From assembly GCA_963827235.1 (NCBI GenBank), contig CAWHAE010000017.1, positions 1 to 64,000 of the forward strand: a stretch of 64,000 nt of DNA, written 5' to 3'. This document shows, one piece after another, positions 28,701 through 38,828 of the stretch. Below the pieces are notes generated by a model, which had not been told where the DNA came from, ran no database searches, and was given only the letters and a program-made list of their open reading frames with translations. Both the position numbers and the translations under genes were made by a program. The DNA is from an uncultured bacterium. Its GTDB lineage: Bacteria; Chloroflexota; UBA5177; JANWHV01. How positions within the stretch are numbered: position 1 is the first letter of the stretch; the number at the start of each line of letters is the position of its first letter.

Positions 28701-30173
28701 GTAAGAGTTCAGAGTCGAGGTCAAAGAGTCTGCAAGGCGTGGAGGCAGGCAGCGAAGGGGTTGAGGTCGCGCGCAGCCCAGGTGGAGAAGACGCTGGCCA
28801 GGTCGCAACGGATGGCCGAGCCGGCATCGCCGCGCGAGCCACCGCTGATCTTGCGGGCGATCACCTGGGGACGCACGGTGCGTTCGGCCAGGTTGTTCGT
28901 GGGGCTGACGCCGGGCGTGCGGATGAACTCGAACAGTTCGCTCTCATAGCGGTGCAGGCGGGTGGCCAAGACCTGAGCCGGATGCCCGGGCGTCGTGCGA
29001 TAGCAGCGGGCCAGCAGCCGCAGCCGCCGTTCCAGGTTGCGGGCCACGCGGGCACGCTCCCGCAGGGTGCAGGCGGACAGGTCCAAGGCACGCGCACCGG
29101 CAAAGAGGTCCTTGAGCGCACGGACCCAGTCCTGCACGTCTGGCCGCGCAGGGCAGTCCGCACCGAGCTTGTGGGCGTCGCGCAAGAGATGGGCCCAACA
29201 GCGCTGGTGTGGTCCGGGGTACTGGTCGTAGGCCGCGTAGAAGTCGGTGCTCAGCACGCCGCCAAAGTCGCCCACCAGCTCCCGTGCCACCTGGCCCGAT
29301 CGGCTCGGGTGGAAGGTATACAGCCGCGTGGCCGCCGGCCCGTCCGTGGCTTGCACCCACAAATAGCCGTTCTGCCCGTCTTGGCGCCAGCCCGTTTCGT
29401 CCATGTACTGCACCGGACTGGCCCGTGTCTGGGCTCGAATCGTCGCCACCACCGGTGCCAACTGCTGCCGCAGGCGGGCCAGGATGTCTTGCAGGCCGCC
29501 GATCGAGAACCGGAGCCCGTAGACCTGGTCCAGCAAGGCTTGCACCTGTGCCAAGGGTAGCCGAGCGCTGGTGCGCAAGACACCAATCAGGCTGGCCAGC
29601 CGCACGCCTATCCGCCCCTGCCCCAACACCTGCCCCGCAAAAGAGACCCGCGGCGTCTTGTATGCGCGACAGACCGGACAGTACCGCTTGAGGGTCTGGT
29701 GCTCCACCACGCTCACCGGCGTGGCCGGCACCTCCAGCACTTCCCGCCGCCGCTGCACCGCTCCGTCGCGTAACGTATAGCCGCAATCCGGACAGCGGTC
29801 ATAGGCGTGTCGGACGTATTGGCTCGGCGTGCTCCGCGGCCGACCATGGTTCTGCTCCGCCGCCCGCTGTCGCCGCGTTTCCCCTTCCGCCTTCTCCCGC
29901 TTGACCCGGTTGGCCTTGGCCCAGGGCGGCGGCGGCCGCTTCTCCGCCTCCAGTTCAGCTATCCGCTGTTCCAGTGCCGCCACTTTCACGCGTAAAGCCG
30001 CGTTTTCGACCTGGAGTTGCGCCACCTGCTCCCGCAGCAGCGCATTCTGGATCTGCAGTTCGGCAATCAGGGCGAGGGCGTCTTCGAGCGTCATCCCTTG
30101 ACGCTACCCGCTTCATCCGTAGCGGGCCAGCAACCTCAACCGATTGCACCTGCATCTACTTCTGAGCTCTTAC
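28701..30173 (-). mobile_element. IS66-family insertion sequence (single-ORF, ISBst12-like group), intact
   Basis: Terminal IRs GTAAGAGTTCAG (28701) and CTGAGCTCTTAC (ending 30173); perfect 8-bp TSD TCCGTGAC at 28693-28700 and 30174-30181. Confidence 0.95.
28721..30094 (-). CDS. IS66-family DDE transposase
   Basis: N-terminal coiled coil, CPDCG and CPVC zinc finger, MDETGW, STDFYAAY, QRCWAHLLRD, PTNNLAERTVR. Confidence 0.95.
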   Translation of the reverse strand: MTLEDALALIAELQIQNALLREQVAQLQVENAALRVKVAALEQRIAELEAEKRPPPPWAKANRVKREKAEGETRRQRAAEQNHGRPRSTPSQYVRHAYDRCPDCGYTLRDGAVQRRREVLEVPATPVSVVEHQTLKRYCPVCRAYKTPRVSFAGQVLGQGRIGVRLASLIGVLRTSARLPLAQVQALLDQVYGLRFSIGGLQDILARLRQQLAPVVATIRAQTRASPVQYMDETGWRQDGQNGYLWVQATDGPAATRLYTFHPSRSGQVARELVGDFGGVLSTDFYAAYDQYPGPHQRCWAHLLRDAHKLGADCPARPDVQDWVRALKDLFAGARALDLSACTLRERARVARNLERRLRLLARCYRTTPGHPAQVLATRLHRYESELFEFIRTPGVSPTNNLAERTVRPQVIARKISGGSRGDAGSAIRCDLASVFSTWAARDLNPFAACLHALQTL

Positions 30174-30314
30174 TCCGTGACTTGCTCCTCACCACCAGCA
30201 CGTATACAAATACAGTGGTGCCCTCCACCTGGGGTGCTCTCGCCAGACACAGCTCGGATCGCGGGAGCGGATTCCATCGGCCGAAAACCATCTAGCCAGC
30301 CGGCGGGAGCGGAC

Positions 30315-31217
30315 ATGAGCGCGCTGATCTGGCAGGAACATTACGTGCTTGCGCCGGACCTGCGCCTTGCATGGTATGAGACAGGGTCGGGCCCGACCGT
30401 GATATGTGTCCACGGCGGTCTCGGTGATACACACAGGTATCTGCGCCCTGTAGTCGAGCCCCAGGCACGGCAGCTGCGCTGCGTCCTGTATGACCAGCGT
30501 GGCTGCGGGCAGTCACGCCTGGTCCGGGCCGACGACCGTGCGCTGCATGTCGAACGCTTTGTGGCCGACCTCGAGACACTCCGCCTGCACCTGGGTGTGG
30601 AGCGAATCACGCTGGTCGGGCATTCCTGGGGTGCCACGCTGGCGCTCCTGTACGCGGTTGCCTACCCTGGGCAGGTGGACCGTCTGGCGTTGGTCGGCAT
30701 GGGGCCGATCAGCGACGAGATGGATGCGGTGGCCGCGGCCAACTTGCTCAAGCCATTGTCGGCGGCAGAACGAGAGGCCCGCGCGAGCCTGCGCCTGCAA
30801 GTGGAGCGCGCGGTAACGGCGGGCGACGCCGCACGCCTGCGCGAACTGCGCGCGCAGGAAGCACCACTGCATTTCCGCGCGTGGTTCGCCTCGCCCGGGG
30901 TCCTGCAGGGCTTCCTCGCCGAGTACAATACGGAGTACCCACCGGATCGCCACATCAATCAGATGGTATGGGCACGCTACAGGCAGGTCCGTGACGGGCT
31001 CCAATACGAGCGGGTCACAGCACCCGTCCTCATCGTGTACGGCTATCAGGATTTGGAGCCCATCACACAGGCCCATGTGCTGCGGGAGCGCATGCCCCAG
31101 GCAGTGATCTGTCTGTTGAATGACTGCGGTCACCTGCCCTGGCTGGAACGCTCTGAGGCGTTCTACACTGCACTGCGGACGTTTCTCGTTGGTGAGGGAG
31201 GTGCAGTGAGCGCGTAG
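30315..31217 (+). CDS. Alpha/beta hydrolase (proline iminopeptidase-like)
   Basis: VHGGLG, YDQRGCGQS, GHSWG, YGYQD, CGHLPWLE. Confidence 0.9.
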   Translation: MSALIWQEHYVLAPDLRLAWYETGSGPTVICVHGGLGDTHRYLRPVVEPQARQLRCVLYDQRGCGQSRLVRADDRALHVERFVADLETLRLHLGVERITLVGHSWGATLALLYAVAYPGQVDRLALVGMGPISDEMDAVAAANLLKPLSAAEREARASLRLQVERAVTAGDAARLRELRAQEAPLHFRAWFASPGVLQGFLAEYNTEYPPDRHINQMVWARYRQVRDGLQYERVTAPVLIVYGYQDLEPITQAHVLRERMPQAVICLLNDCGHLPWLERSEAFYTALRTFLVGEGGAVSA

Positions 31218-31259
31218 CAGGTGGCTAGCTGCTCACATGGCCGCCGCAAGCGAGTGCAG

Positions 31260-31530
31260 CCAAACCTGCCTCTGCTGTCGCCTTGGCGCTGGCGGACCAT
31301 GCTCAGGAACTCCTGTGCCAGTGTGTCCGCCATGGCGATAGCGACGTCGATGTAGCGGAGATGATCGAGATAGACATCCGCTTCCGCCATTCGCAACTCG
31401 GGACGCTGCAGGATGAGGGATGCCACACGCCGGGCCGACGGACCGCGGATACTGGTGAACGGCGACTGCGCCGGCCGGAGCTTGCAGGGTGGCGGGCCCT
31501 GCAGCCGAAGCAGATTGCCAGAGGCGCAGC
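31260..31530 (-). mobile_element. ISL3-family transposase remnant
   Basis: PSARRVASLILQRPE...YLDHL...IAMADTLAQEFLSMVRQRQG resembles the C-terminal region of large ISL3 transposases; no intact gene. Confidence 0.55.
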
Positions 31531-31766
31531 ATCGTCGAGTAGGCCTACGGCGCCCTTCCATACGTCTGCACAAACAGGCGGGAGAGCCCGCTCGTCCGGA
31601 GACGAGACTGGTGGCTCCGCCCGACCGGTCAGTCGTCGGTCTTTCTATTTTCGGTGTCTCTTGCGGGTCTGGCACCCATTGAGATGGCGTGGACGACCAA
31701 CGTGGCGTCTAGGAGCAGTCCTGGTCGGTGGCTCCAGCGATCAGAGGCGGCCAGCGTCCGGATATT

Positions 31767-32528
31767 TCAGGCTATTTTGCGCCGGTAGGCCACCATGGCG
31801 AGTGCAGAGGCGACGACGAGGATGCCGACGCACCATGCGAGAGCGACCCAGATGTCATTGCCGATCGGCTGCTGCTCGAACAGGACCCTGATCGTGTTGA
31901 CGATCGAGGTGACCGGCTGGTTTTCCGCGAAGGCACGTACGGGACCCGGCATCGAGGCAGTGGGCACGAATGCCGAGCTGACGAACGGCAGGAAAATGAG
32001 CGGGTACGAGAAGGCGACCGCCCCGTCCGTGGATTTCGCCGACAGTCCGGCGATCACTGCGATCCAGGTCAGCGCGAGCGTGAACAGTACGAGGATGCCG
32101 GCCACGGCGATCCATGCCAGCACTCCTGCCGAGGAGCGAAAGCCCATAGGGAGTGCCACCAGGACGATGACGACCACGGAGATCGCGTTGGACACCAGTG
32201 AAGTCAGAACATGCCCCCACAGCACGGACGAGCGGGCGATCGGCATCGAGTGGAACCTCTCGAAGATGCCGCTCTGCAGGTCGTTGAACAGGCGGAAGGC
32301 GGTATAGGAGATGCCGCTGGCGATCGCGATGAGCAGGATGCCGGGCATCAAGTAGTTCACATAGTTGTCGGTGCCTGCTTGGATGGCGCCGCCGAACACG
32401 TAGACGAACAGCAGCATGAAGGCGATCGGCATGACCGTCACCGTGATGATGGTGTCCATGCTGCGCGTGACGTGTCGCAGGGAACGCCCGAGCATCACGC
32501 TGGTGTCGCTGAAGTACTGTGTGTTCAT
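31767..32528 (-). CDS. ABC-2 type exporter permease (DrrB-like)
   Basis: MLGRSLRH, YVNYLMPG, GIFERFHSMPI, SSAFVPT, AENQPVT. Confidence 0.92.
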   Translation of the reverse strand: MNTQYFSDTSVMLGRSLRHVTRSMDTIITVTVMPIAFMLLFVYVFGGAIQAGTDNYVNYLMPGILLIAIASGISYTAFRLFNDLQSGIFERFHSMPIARSSVLWGHVLTSLVSNAISVVVIVLVALPMGFRSSAGVLAWIAVAGILVLFTLALTWIAVIAGLSAKSTDGAVAFSYPLIFLPFVSSAFVPTASMPGPVRAFAENQPVTSIVNTIRVLFEQQPIGNDIWVALAWCVGILVVASALAMVAYRRKIA

Positions 32529-33298
32529 CGTTGCTCCTTCTTGTCGCTTCCGACGATCGCCAGGAAGATCTCCTCCAGGGTGGGCTGTCGTTCCACGTAT
32601 TCGACTTTCGCGGGCGGGAGCAGCTTCCTCAGCTCCGCCAGCGTGCCGGACACGACAATCGTGCCGTCGTGCAGGATCGCGATCCGGTCGGCGAGCTTCT
32701 CGGCCTCGTCGAGGTACTGGGTCGTCAGGAACACGGTCGTGCCGCTGTCGGCGAGGTTCTGGATCACCTGCCACACCTCAATGCGGCCCTCCGGGTCGAG
32801 GCCGGTAGTCGGCTCGTCGAGGAAGATGATCCGCGGGTTGCCGATGAGGCTCATGGCGATGTCGAGGCGACGGCGCATGCCGCCTGAGTAGGTCGACACC
32901 CGGCGCCCGGCCGCGTCGGCGAGGCCGAACCGTGCGAGCAGATCGTCTGCCACCTTGCCCGCGCTCTGCACGTGCCGTAGTGCGGCGATCATGGTCAGGT
33001 TCTCCCTGCCGGTGAGGATCTCGTCCACCGCTGCGAATTGACCTGTCAGGCTGATCGACTCCCGCACCCGCGCCGGCTGCGACAGGACGTCGAATCCGTT
33101 GACGCGCGTCGTGCCGTCATCCGGCTTGAGCAGGGTGGTGAGGATTCTCACAATCGTGGTCTTGCCCGCGCCGTTGGAGCCGAGCAGCGCGAAGATGCTT
33201 CCGCGCGCCACGTCGAAGTCCACACCCTTGAGCACCTGCAATTGCTTATAGGACTTCTGCAATCCATGGACCTGGATCGCCACGTTCTTCTCTTCCAT
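32525..33298 (-). CDS. ABC exporter ATP-binding protein (DrrA-like)
   Basis: GSNGAGKT, YSGGMRRRLD, FLDEPTTGLD, TTQYLDEA. Confidence 0.95.
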   Translation of the reverse strand: MEEKNVAIQVHGLQKSYKQLQVLKGVDFDVARGSIFALLGSNGAGKTTIVRILTTLLKPDDGTTRVNGFDVLSQPARVRESISLTGQFAAVDEILTGRENLTMIAALRHVQSAGKVADDLLARFGLADAAGRRVSTYSGGMRRRLDIAMSLIGNPRIIFLDEPTTGLDPEGRIEVWQVIQNLADSGTTVFLTTQYLDEAEKLADRIAILHDGTIVVSGTLAELRKLLPPAKVEYVERQPTLEEIFLAIVGSDKKEQR

Positions 33299-33311
33299 GC
33301 TTCTTGTCTCC

Positions 33312-33665
33312 CTATGCCACGGTCACGTTCGACAGGTCCCCACCCATGCCCTTGAGCCCGGCGTAGGTCAGCTTGTCCATTCGCGCTCCATCAAATGCCG
33401 CCGCGCGGATGGCAGTGCGGTACTTCCTGTTCCAGGCGCAGAAGCACACATTCCGCAGCGTCGCGTCCCAGAACGTAACTGTATGTGCGCCGGCCGCCTT
33501 GCGATTCATCGCCCCAGTACCACGTGCTGTCGCCGTCCGCTTCCAAGCGCCTGAGACCGGAGTACATTGTGGCTTCCCTCCCTCCGCCACGTCCGAGTCG
33601 ATGCCCTCGAGCACCCGGTGCTCGCCGAACGACTTCCGCAGGCCCCCGGATCTCAATCATCATGC
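33312..33665 (-). pseudogene. Fused remnants: ABC ATPase N-terminus + PadR fragment + pentapeptide-repeat protein C-terminus
   Basis: IEIRG/LRKSFGEHRVLEGID (ABC start); EATMYSGLRRLEADGDSTWYWGDESQGGRR (PadR wing); FDGARMDKLTYAGLKGMGGDLSNVTV (pentapeptide-repeat protein tail). Confidence 0.6.
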
Positions 33666-33726
33666 CATTCATCTTTGCCGCGCATGCTTTCTGTGCTATA
33701 TTTACTGCCATCAGGTAAGCAACACA

Positions 33727-33755
33727 TCAGTAATTATCTTACTTACTGAGATAAT
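33727..33755. promoter_or_regulatory. AT-rich overlapping inverted repeats, probable MarR operator
   Basis: TCAGTAA-N9-TTACTGA (33727-33749) and ATTATCTT-N7-GAGATAAT (33733-33755) lie between the divergent exporter region and the MarR gene. Confidence 0.6.
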
Positions 33756-33775
33756 CCTACGCGGGAGTGCGGTCT

Positions 33776-34882
33776 ATGTCAAGCGGTACCGACGGATCAG
33801 GCGCCGGCGTGCGCGACGAGCTGGCGCGAGAGATCCGGCAGTTCCATGGGCTGAGCGCGTCGTTCTACCGGGCGGCCGCGGCGCGGGCCGGCATGACGAT
33901 CACCGATCTGCAGGTGCTGCACCTCCTCGAGAGTGCCGGTCCCTCGACGGCCGGCCAGCTCGCCGACCTCACCGGGCTCACCACCGGGGCGATCACCGGC
34001 ATGCTCAACCGGCTAGAGGAGGCAGGGCACGTGCGCCGCGAGCGCGACCCCGCCGACGGCCGCAGGGTCATCGTCCGGCTGGCACCGGGCGGGACCGGCG
34101 GGCACGCGGCCGGCGCTCGCCTGGCCGCGCTGGGCACGGCGTGGGACGACCTGGCGTCCGGGTTCGACGCGGAAGAGACGGCTGTGATTTTGGCGTTCCT
34201 CAAGCGCTGCAACACGCTGGCGCAGGCGGAGATCCTCCGGCTGCGCGACGGCGAGTCCGCCGAGCCTGGCGTCTTCTCTGCGCCGCTTGGGAGCCTGACG
34301 AGCGGCCGGCTCACGATCCACGCCGGAACCTCCATGCTGACCGTGCGTGCGGACGACGAGCTTGCTGCGCTTTATCGGGCTCGCTTCGAAGGACCGGCGC
34401 CTCAGGTAGTGGCCAAAGAGGGGGAGGTTTCCATTCGCTATCCACGCCGCCTCGTGGTGCTGGGCAGTCCGCAACGGGTGGCGGACGTCGCGCTCAGCGT
34501 CGCCGTCCCGTGGCGCATCGTGATCCAGGGCAACGCGGCCCAGATGACCGCCGCGCTCAGCGGCCTCAATCTTGCCGAGCTGGCAGTCGTCAGCGGATAC
34601 AGCCAAATTCGCGTAGAGCTCCCCGCGCCGAGCAGTGTCGTGCCTATCCGCATCAGTGGTGCGGCGTCCGAGGTGACCGTGCGGCGTCCAGCCGGTGTGG
34701 CCGCGCGCGTCCACCTGCACGGCCGGTTGTCCATGCTGGTCTTCGACGGTCAAGAGAGTTACGGCGGCGCGGGCGGCGACGTGCGGCTGCAAAGCTCCGG
34801 GTTCGACGTGACCGGCCCGTACTACGACATCGACGTCAAGGGCGCCATGAGCGCAGTCACGATCACCGTAATGGCCGGTTGA
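33776..34882 (+). CDS. MarR-family regulator fused to a C-terminal beta-repeat (DUF2154/DUF4097-like) domain
   Basis: GMTITDLQVL...TAGQLADLTGLTTGAITGMLNRLEEAGHVRRERDPADGRRV, followed by a ~190-aa beta-rich domain. Confidence 0.85.
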   Translation: MSSGTDGSGAGVRDELAREIRQFHGLSASFYRAAAARAGMTITDLQVLHLLESAGPSTAGQLADLTGLTTGAITGMLNRLEEAGHVRRERDPADGRRVIVRLAPGGTGGHAAGARLAALGTAWDDLASGFDAEETAVILAFLKRCNTLAQAEILRLRDGESAEPGVFSAPLGSLTSGRLTIHAGTSMLTVRADDELAALYRARFEGPAPQVVAKEGEVSIRYPRRLVVLGSPQRVADVALSVAVPWRIVIQGNAAQMTAALSGLNLAELAVVSGYSQIRVELPAPSSVVPIRISGAASEVTVRRPAGVAARVHLHGRLSMLVFDGQESYGGAGGDVRLQSSGFDVTGPYYDIDVKGAMSAVTITVMAG

Positions 34883-35269
34883 CGGCTGCTGCTGGAAGGC
34901 TCCGACCAACGAGGGTGCGCACGACGGAGCACGCGGTGAGCACCACCGACCCCGGCGCTACCCGGCTGCCCTTCCGGGACGAGGCGCGGCTCGGCTACCA
35001 GGTAGCGACGTTTGGCGTAAGCGAACGCATGCATGGGATCGGCGTCGGTGTCTCACGTCTGCGCTCGAGTAGCACGGTTCGACTTGCAGCCGAGATGCAC
35101 CGTGGATGATTGGCGGTCACGAATGTCGACGGTTCGGCTGCACCGCCTCACCGCGATGGCGACAGCCATCGGCCGGATGTCTGCGCACCAGCCGTGCAGG
35201 CACTGGGTCGCCTCGATATTGCCCGCAACAGGCGGCGATGGTGAGACCGAAGCCGCCACCACCGTGCTG

Positions 35270-36122
35270 TCAACTCGCTGCGGGATGTCGGGCTAGCTCC
35301 AGTCCAGATGCTTCACTCTGCCGTAGGAAGCACGCCCACATCAACAGCGCGAGAGCCATGCCGCCTACGATATTGCCTAACGTGACCGGCACCAGGTTTC
35401 GAAACAGGAAGTTTCCCCAACCCAGCGAGCCGGTATGGACGCCCATCGCGGCAGCCTTGGCTGCGTAAGCCGGATTGGTCTTGGCAAACAGTCCTGCCGA
35501 TATGTAGTACATGTTCGCTACGCAGTGCTCGAAGCCGCAAATCACGAAGAACGCAACCGGTATGTAGGCTCCTAGCGATCTTCCCTCCAGTATCCTTGGC
35601 TGAAATCGCGCACAACACGCCCATACAGACTAGCAGATTGCAGAGAATGCCAAGAACAAACGCGTTGTCAAATGGAAGAGCGCATTTTGTCGCAGCGACC
35701 TTTATTGTATAGGCAGCTAGACCATCGTCTGAGTAGTCGAGCTGCCCGAAGAACGCGCATCCAGCGGCGAGCGCACTCGCACCGATAAAGTTACCGATAT
35801 ATACAACCATCCAATTCTTAAGAAGGCGTACAATCGAAGTTCGCTTTTCAAGAACGGAAATCACAATCATACAATCTCCGGTGAACAGCTCCGCACCCAG
35901 CAGCATCACTATCGCCAGTCCAAAGGGAAAGAGCAGGCCGCTGATGATGCGCGCGGCAGATACATTTGTAATACTGTGTGACGCGGTATTAGCCACGGCC
36001 GCGCCCATTCCGATCAAGAATCCTGCAGAAATGCCGAGCAGTAACATCTTCCAGGCTGGCTGTGACGCCTTTTCCGCGCCGATTTGCGAGTATCTTCCTG
36101 TGATTTCAGACGGGGACAACAT
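35270..36122 (-). CDS. Formate/nitrite transporter (FNT), with a 1-bp frameshift at ~35576
   Basis: LFPFGL..GAELFTGD, GNFIGA, GILCNLLVC. Removing one G gives KILGAYIPVAFFVICGFEHCVANMY...VTLGNIVGG. Visibly lower GC than the flanks. Confidence 0.88.
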
Positions 36123-36472
36123 AGTTAACCTGATACCTCCATAATGTGTCTTGCCGCTTCGACCGAATGACCCGCCAACACTGAAGTCGCTACAGTGCCT
36201 ACGCCAGCAGGCGCCTGCTGGCGTCGACAAGTTCCCGCGCCTCGCCGGACCTCACGTCGCCACAGAGAGCCATTCTCACACACAGTACTACCGGCGACGG
36301 TGACAGCCTGGCCGACGGAGACGATAGTAACTGCCCGCATTACCCGTTCTACGCCCGCTCCTTCAAGCATCCGTAACACATCAGCTTGTACATTATAGGG
36401 CTATTGGCAGGCACGCTCTCTCTGGTTCCGTTGGGGAGTGACCGCCGCTCTTGCGCAGGCTGCGCCGTCCGC

Positions 36473-36870
36473 CTACTTGCTCAATGCCCTAGAATCGCCG
36501 GTGTGAATCACGTCATTGTGCGCCACAACGGCACCTGACTGCCGTGACACGCTCCGCTTTTCGTTAGCTAAGCGCGGGCCAGCGTCGCTCCGTACGCTCA
36601 AGGTCCTGGCGCGCGCCCGGTCGAAGCGAGATGGCGAGCGCGGCCTCGAACCGCTCGCGGGCCGCGCTTCCTCCAGGGCAAGTTGTGCCGCGGCCCGCTG
36701 CTTCGGCGCCAACTGCAGCTGTGCTTGCACCCGAAGGGCATTAGGCAGCCCGAGCTGGCATGACCCGCGCCGTGCTTGCGGCACCCCGGCGGTGAGAGTC
36801 GCGGCGGCCTGCTCCGTATCGTCGGACTCCGCCTGCGCGCAGGCCAGGACACAGGCAGCACGTATTCGAC
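36473..36870 (-). pseudogene. Possible degraded C-terminal TPR-like region of a large ATPase/regulator
   Basis: QAAATLTAGVPQARR..QLGLPNALRVQAQL..QRAAAQLALEEA helical pattern, broken by frameshifts. Confidence 0.3.
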
Positions 36871-37002
36871 GTCGGCAGCATCGAAGGGGTGCGGGCTGAG
36901 ACGCGGCGCTCTATACGCCGGATAGTCCTTTTCGACGCGCAGTAGTCGGATATAGGTGCCCTTCGTCACCGCGCTGGGCTGTATGGCTGCGTCCGCCTGG
37001 AA

Positions 37003-37974
37003 TCAGCGCAACCCTTTCAGGATCGTGCCGTCGGAGCCTACCACGAGGCAGAATGCAGGGCCGGGGCAGCTAATGCTGCGCAGGGCGCTGTCGACGTTGG
37101 AAACGCTCCGCGGACTCCACGTTGCTCCGCCGTCCACGCTGACCACGATCGCGCCTGCATTGCCGACCGCCAGACAGGTGGCATTCGCGAGGCAGCCGAC
37201 ACCTTCCAGATACTGGCTCACGCCCGATCGGACGCTCTTCCAGGTCGTGCCGCCGTTCCTGCTCAGCAGGATCGTGCCGGCATCGCCAACCGCCAGACAC
37301 CGACTGCTCGTCGAGCAGGTGACCCCGTACAAGGTACTGTTCGTACCCGATGCGCGGCTCTTCCAGGTAGTGCCCGCGTTCGCGCTGGACAGAATGGTGC
37401 CATCATCACCGACAGCCACGCACGTCGAGCTTGTTGGGCACGAGATTCCCTCAAGTGAGTTGGTGGTGCCGGAGGCGCGGCTGTTCCAGGCCTGGCTGGA
37501 ATTGGCATTGGCGAGGATCGCGCCGGCGACCCCGACGGCCACGCAGCTGTTGATGGTCGGGCAGGCAATGCCTGAGAGTCCGGTTGGAGTATCGTGGCGC
37601 GTCCATGTCGCGCCGCGATCGATGCTGGCAAGAATCGTGTTGCCCACGGCGTCGCACCTGGTGCTGCCCGCGCAGGCGATCGCGAGAAGCATGTCGCTCT
37701 TGCCGGTCGTGCGACTCTGCCAATGGACTCCGCCGTCCGTGCTTCTCAGGACGGTGCTCGAAGCCACAAGGCAGAGACTGCCGGAAGGGCAGGCGATGCC
37801 GCGGAGATCGTCCTGCGTGCCTGATGCCTCCCTGGTCCAGTTGGAAAACGCAGGAGTAGCCGCGGCCACGGCGTGACCGGCCAAGCCGAGCGTGTTCCCG
37901 GCCCCGAGCGCGGGACTGCTGCCAAGCAACAGTGCCGAGAGGATCGCAATACCGACAACCTGTGCTCGCTTCAC
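37003..37974 (-). CDS. Secreted Cys-rich BNR/YCF48-like beta-propeller protein
   Basis: Signal peptide; about seven repeats of LxGIxCP/x-xxxCxAVGxxGTILxSxDGGxTW. Confidence 0.85.
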   Translation of the reverse strand: MKRAQVVGIAILSALLLGSSPALGAGNTLGLAGHAVAAATPAFSNWTREASGTQDDLRGIACPSGSLCLVASSTVLRSTDGGVHWQSRTTGKSDMLLAIACAGSTRCDAVGNTILASIDRGATWTRHDTPTGLSGIACPTINSCVAVGVAGAILANANSSQAWNSRASGTTNSLEGISCPTSSTCVAVGDDGTILSSANAGTTWKSRASGTNSTLYGVTCSTSSRCLAVGDAGTILLSRNGGTTWKSVRSGVSQYLEGVGCLANATCLAVGNAGAIVVSVDGGATWSPRSVSNVDSALRSISCPGPAFCLVVGSDGTILKGLR

Positions 37975-38326
37975 TTCGCACCTCCCCTTCAAGACGACTC
38001 ATCAAACAAGTGGACGAATAGATTGTTGCGCATGACCGCCTGTCAAGACGGCCTCGTCGAGCTTCTGCCGGTGCGCACAGCCCGCCGATCCTCGCTCGAG
38101 CGCTCTCTCGAGCCGGCGCGCTCCCGACCGACTCTACTCTACACTGCTCGTCCTGCGGCCGTCTTGCACGCCGTCGGCGTAGCTTCCTCTGGTGGCCCGA
38201 CGTGTCTTGTGCAACGGCAGCACCGTCTTGGGAAACGCGAGCCAGAGGGGGGTCGCGGCGACGCGAGGTAGCCAGCCACCGGGGGCAGAAAGAGTAGGCC
38301 ATACGCCGACACATTAGCCCAGCAAC

Positions 38327-38535
38327 TTACACAAACCGGAGACCGTCCTGGAAGTTCGCCTGCGCCTGGTCGAGGCCGTTCGCTTGGCCTAGCGGCCTCA
38401 CGGAGATCGCATAACCGGCGGCATCGTCGGCCGCCCAGTTGATTCTCTTGCCAGTGGAGAGTCGCTGCATCGACCGCGCGATGGAGCTCTGGGCGATGCT
38501 CAGGTACCGCACGGACTCCCAGGCGTTCAGGCACG
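38327..38535 (-). pseudogene. Flagellin N-terminal fragment
   Basis: SIARSMQRLSTGKRINWAADDAAGYAIS...NGLDQAQANFQDGLRFV matches the flagellin N-terminal consensus RLSSGLRINSAADDAAGLAIS; truncated. Confidence 0.85.
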
Positions 38536-38800
38536 ATTGAGCCGTGCCCTGGAACAGAGCAGATCCATGGGTCTCGCGAGACGAGCGAACGACTCGCCGC
38601 CGGTATGCCATGTCTGATCACGGTGCGCGCGAACAAACGCTTGCTCCAGCGGCAGTTGCGCGCATCTGCTACCTCATCGCGCCGCTTGCACTTTCCACAC
38701 GATCAGCAGGGCGTCGCTCTCCGCACTGTACGATGATCCTGGCGACATAGCGTGGCGCGCACGTCGAGACCGGCCTGCTACACTGGTGCTGGATGCGACC

Positions 38801-38828
38801 ACTTATCCTAATCACCATTAGGTTGATC
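38801..38828. other. dif-like tyrosine recombinase core site (11-6-11)
   Basis: ACTTATCCTAA-TCACCA-TTAGGTTGATC; inner CCTAAT/ATTAGG palindrome with TAA-N6-TTA geometry; ~215 bp upstream of a tyrosine recombinase. Confidence 0.6.
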
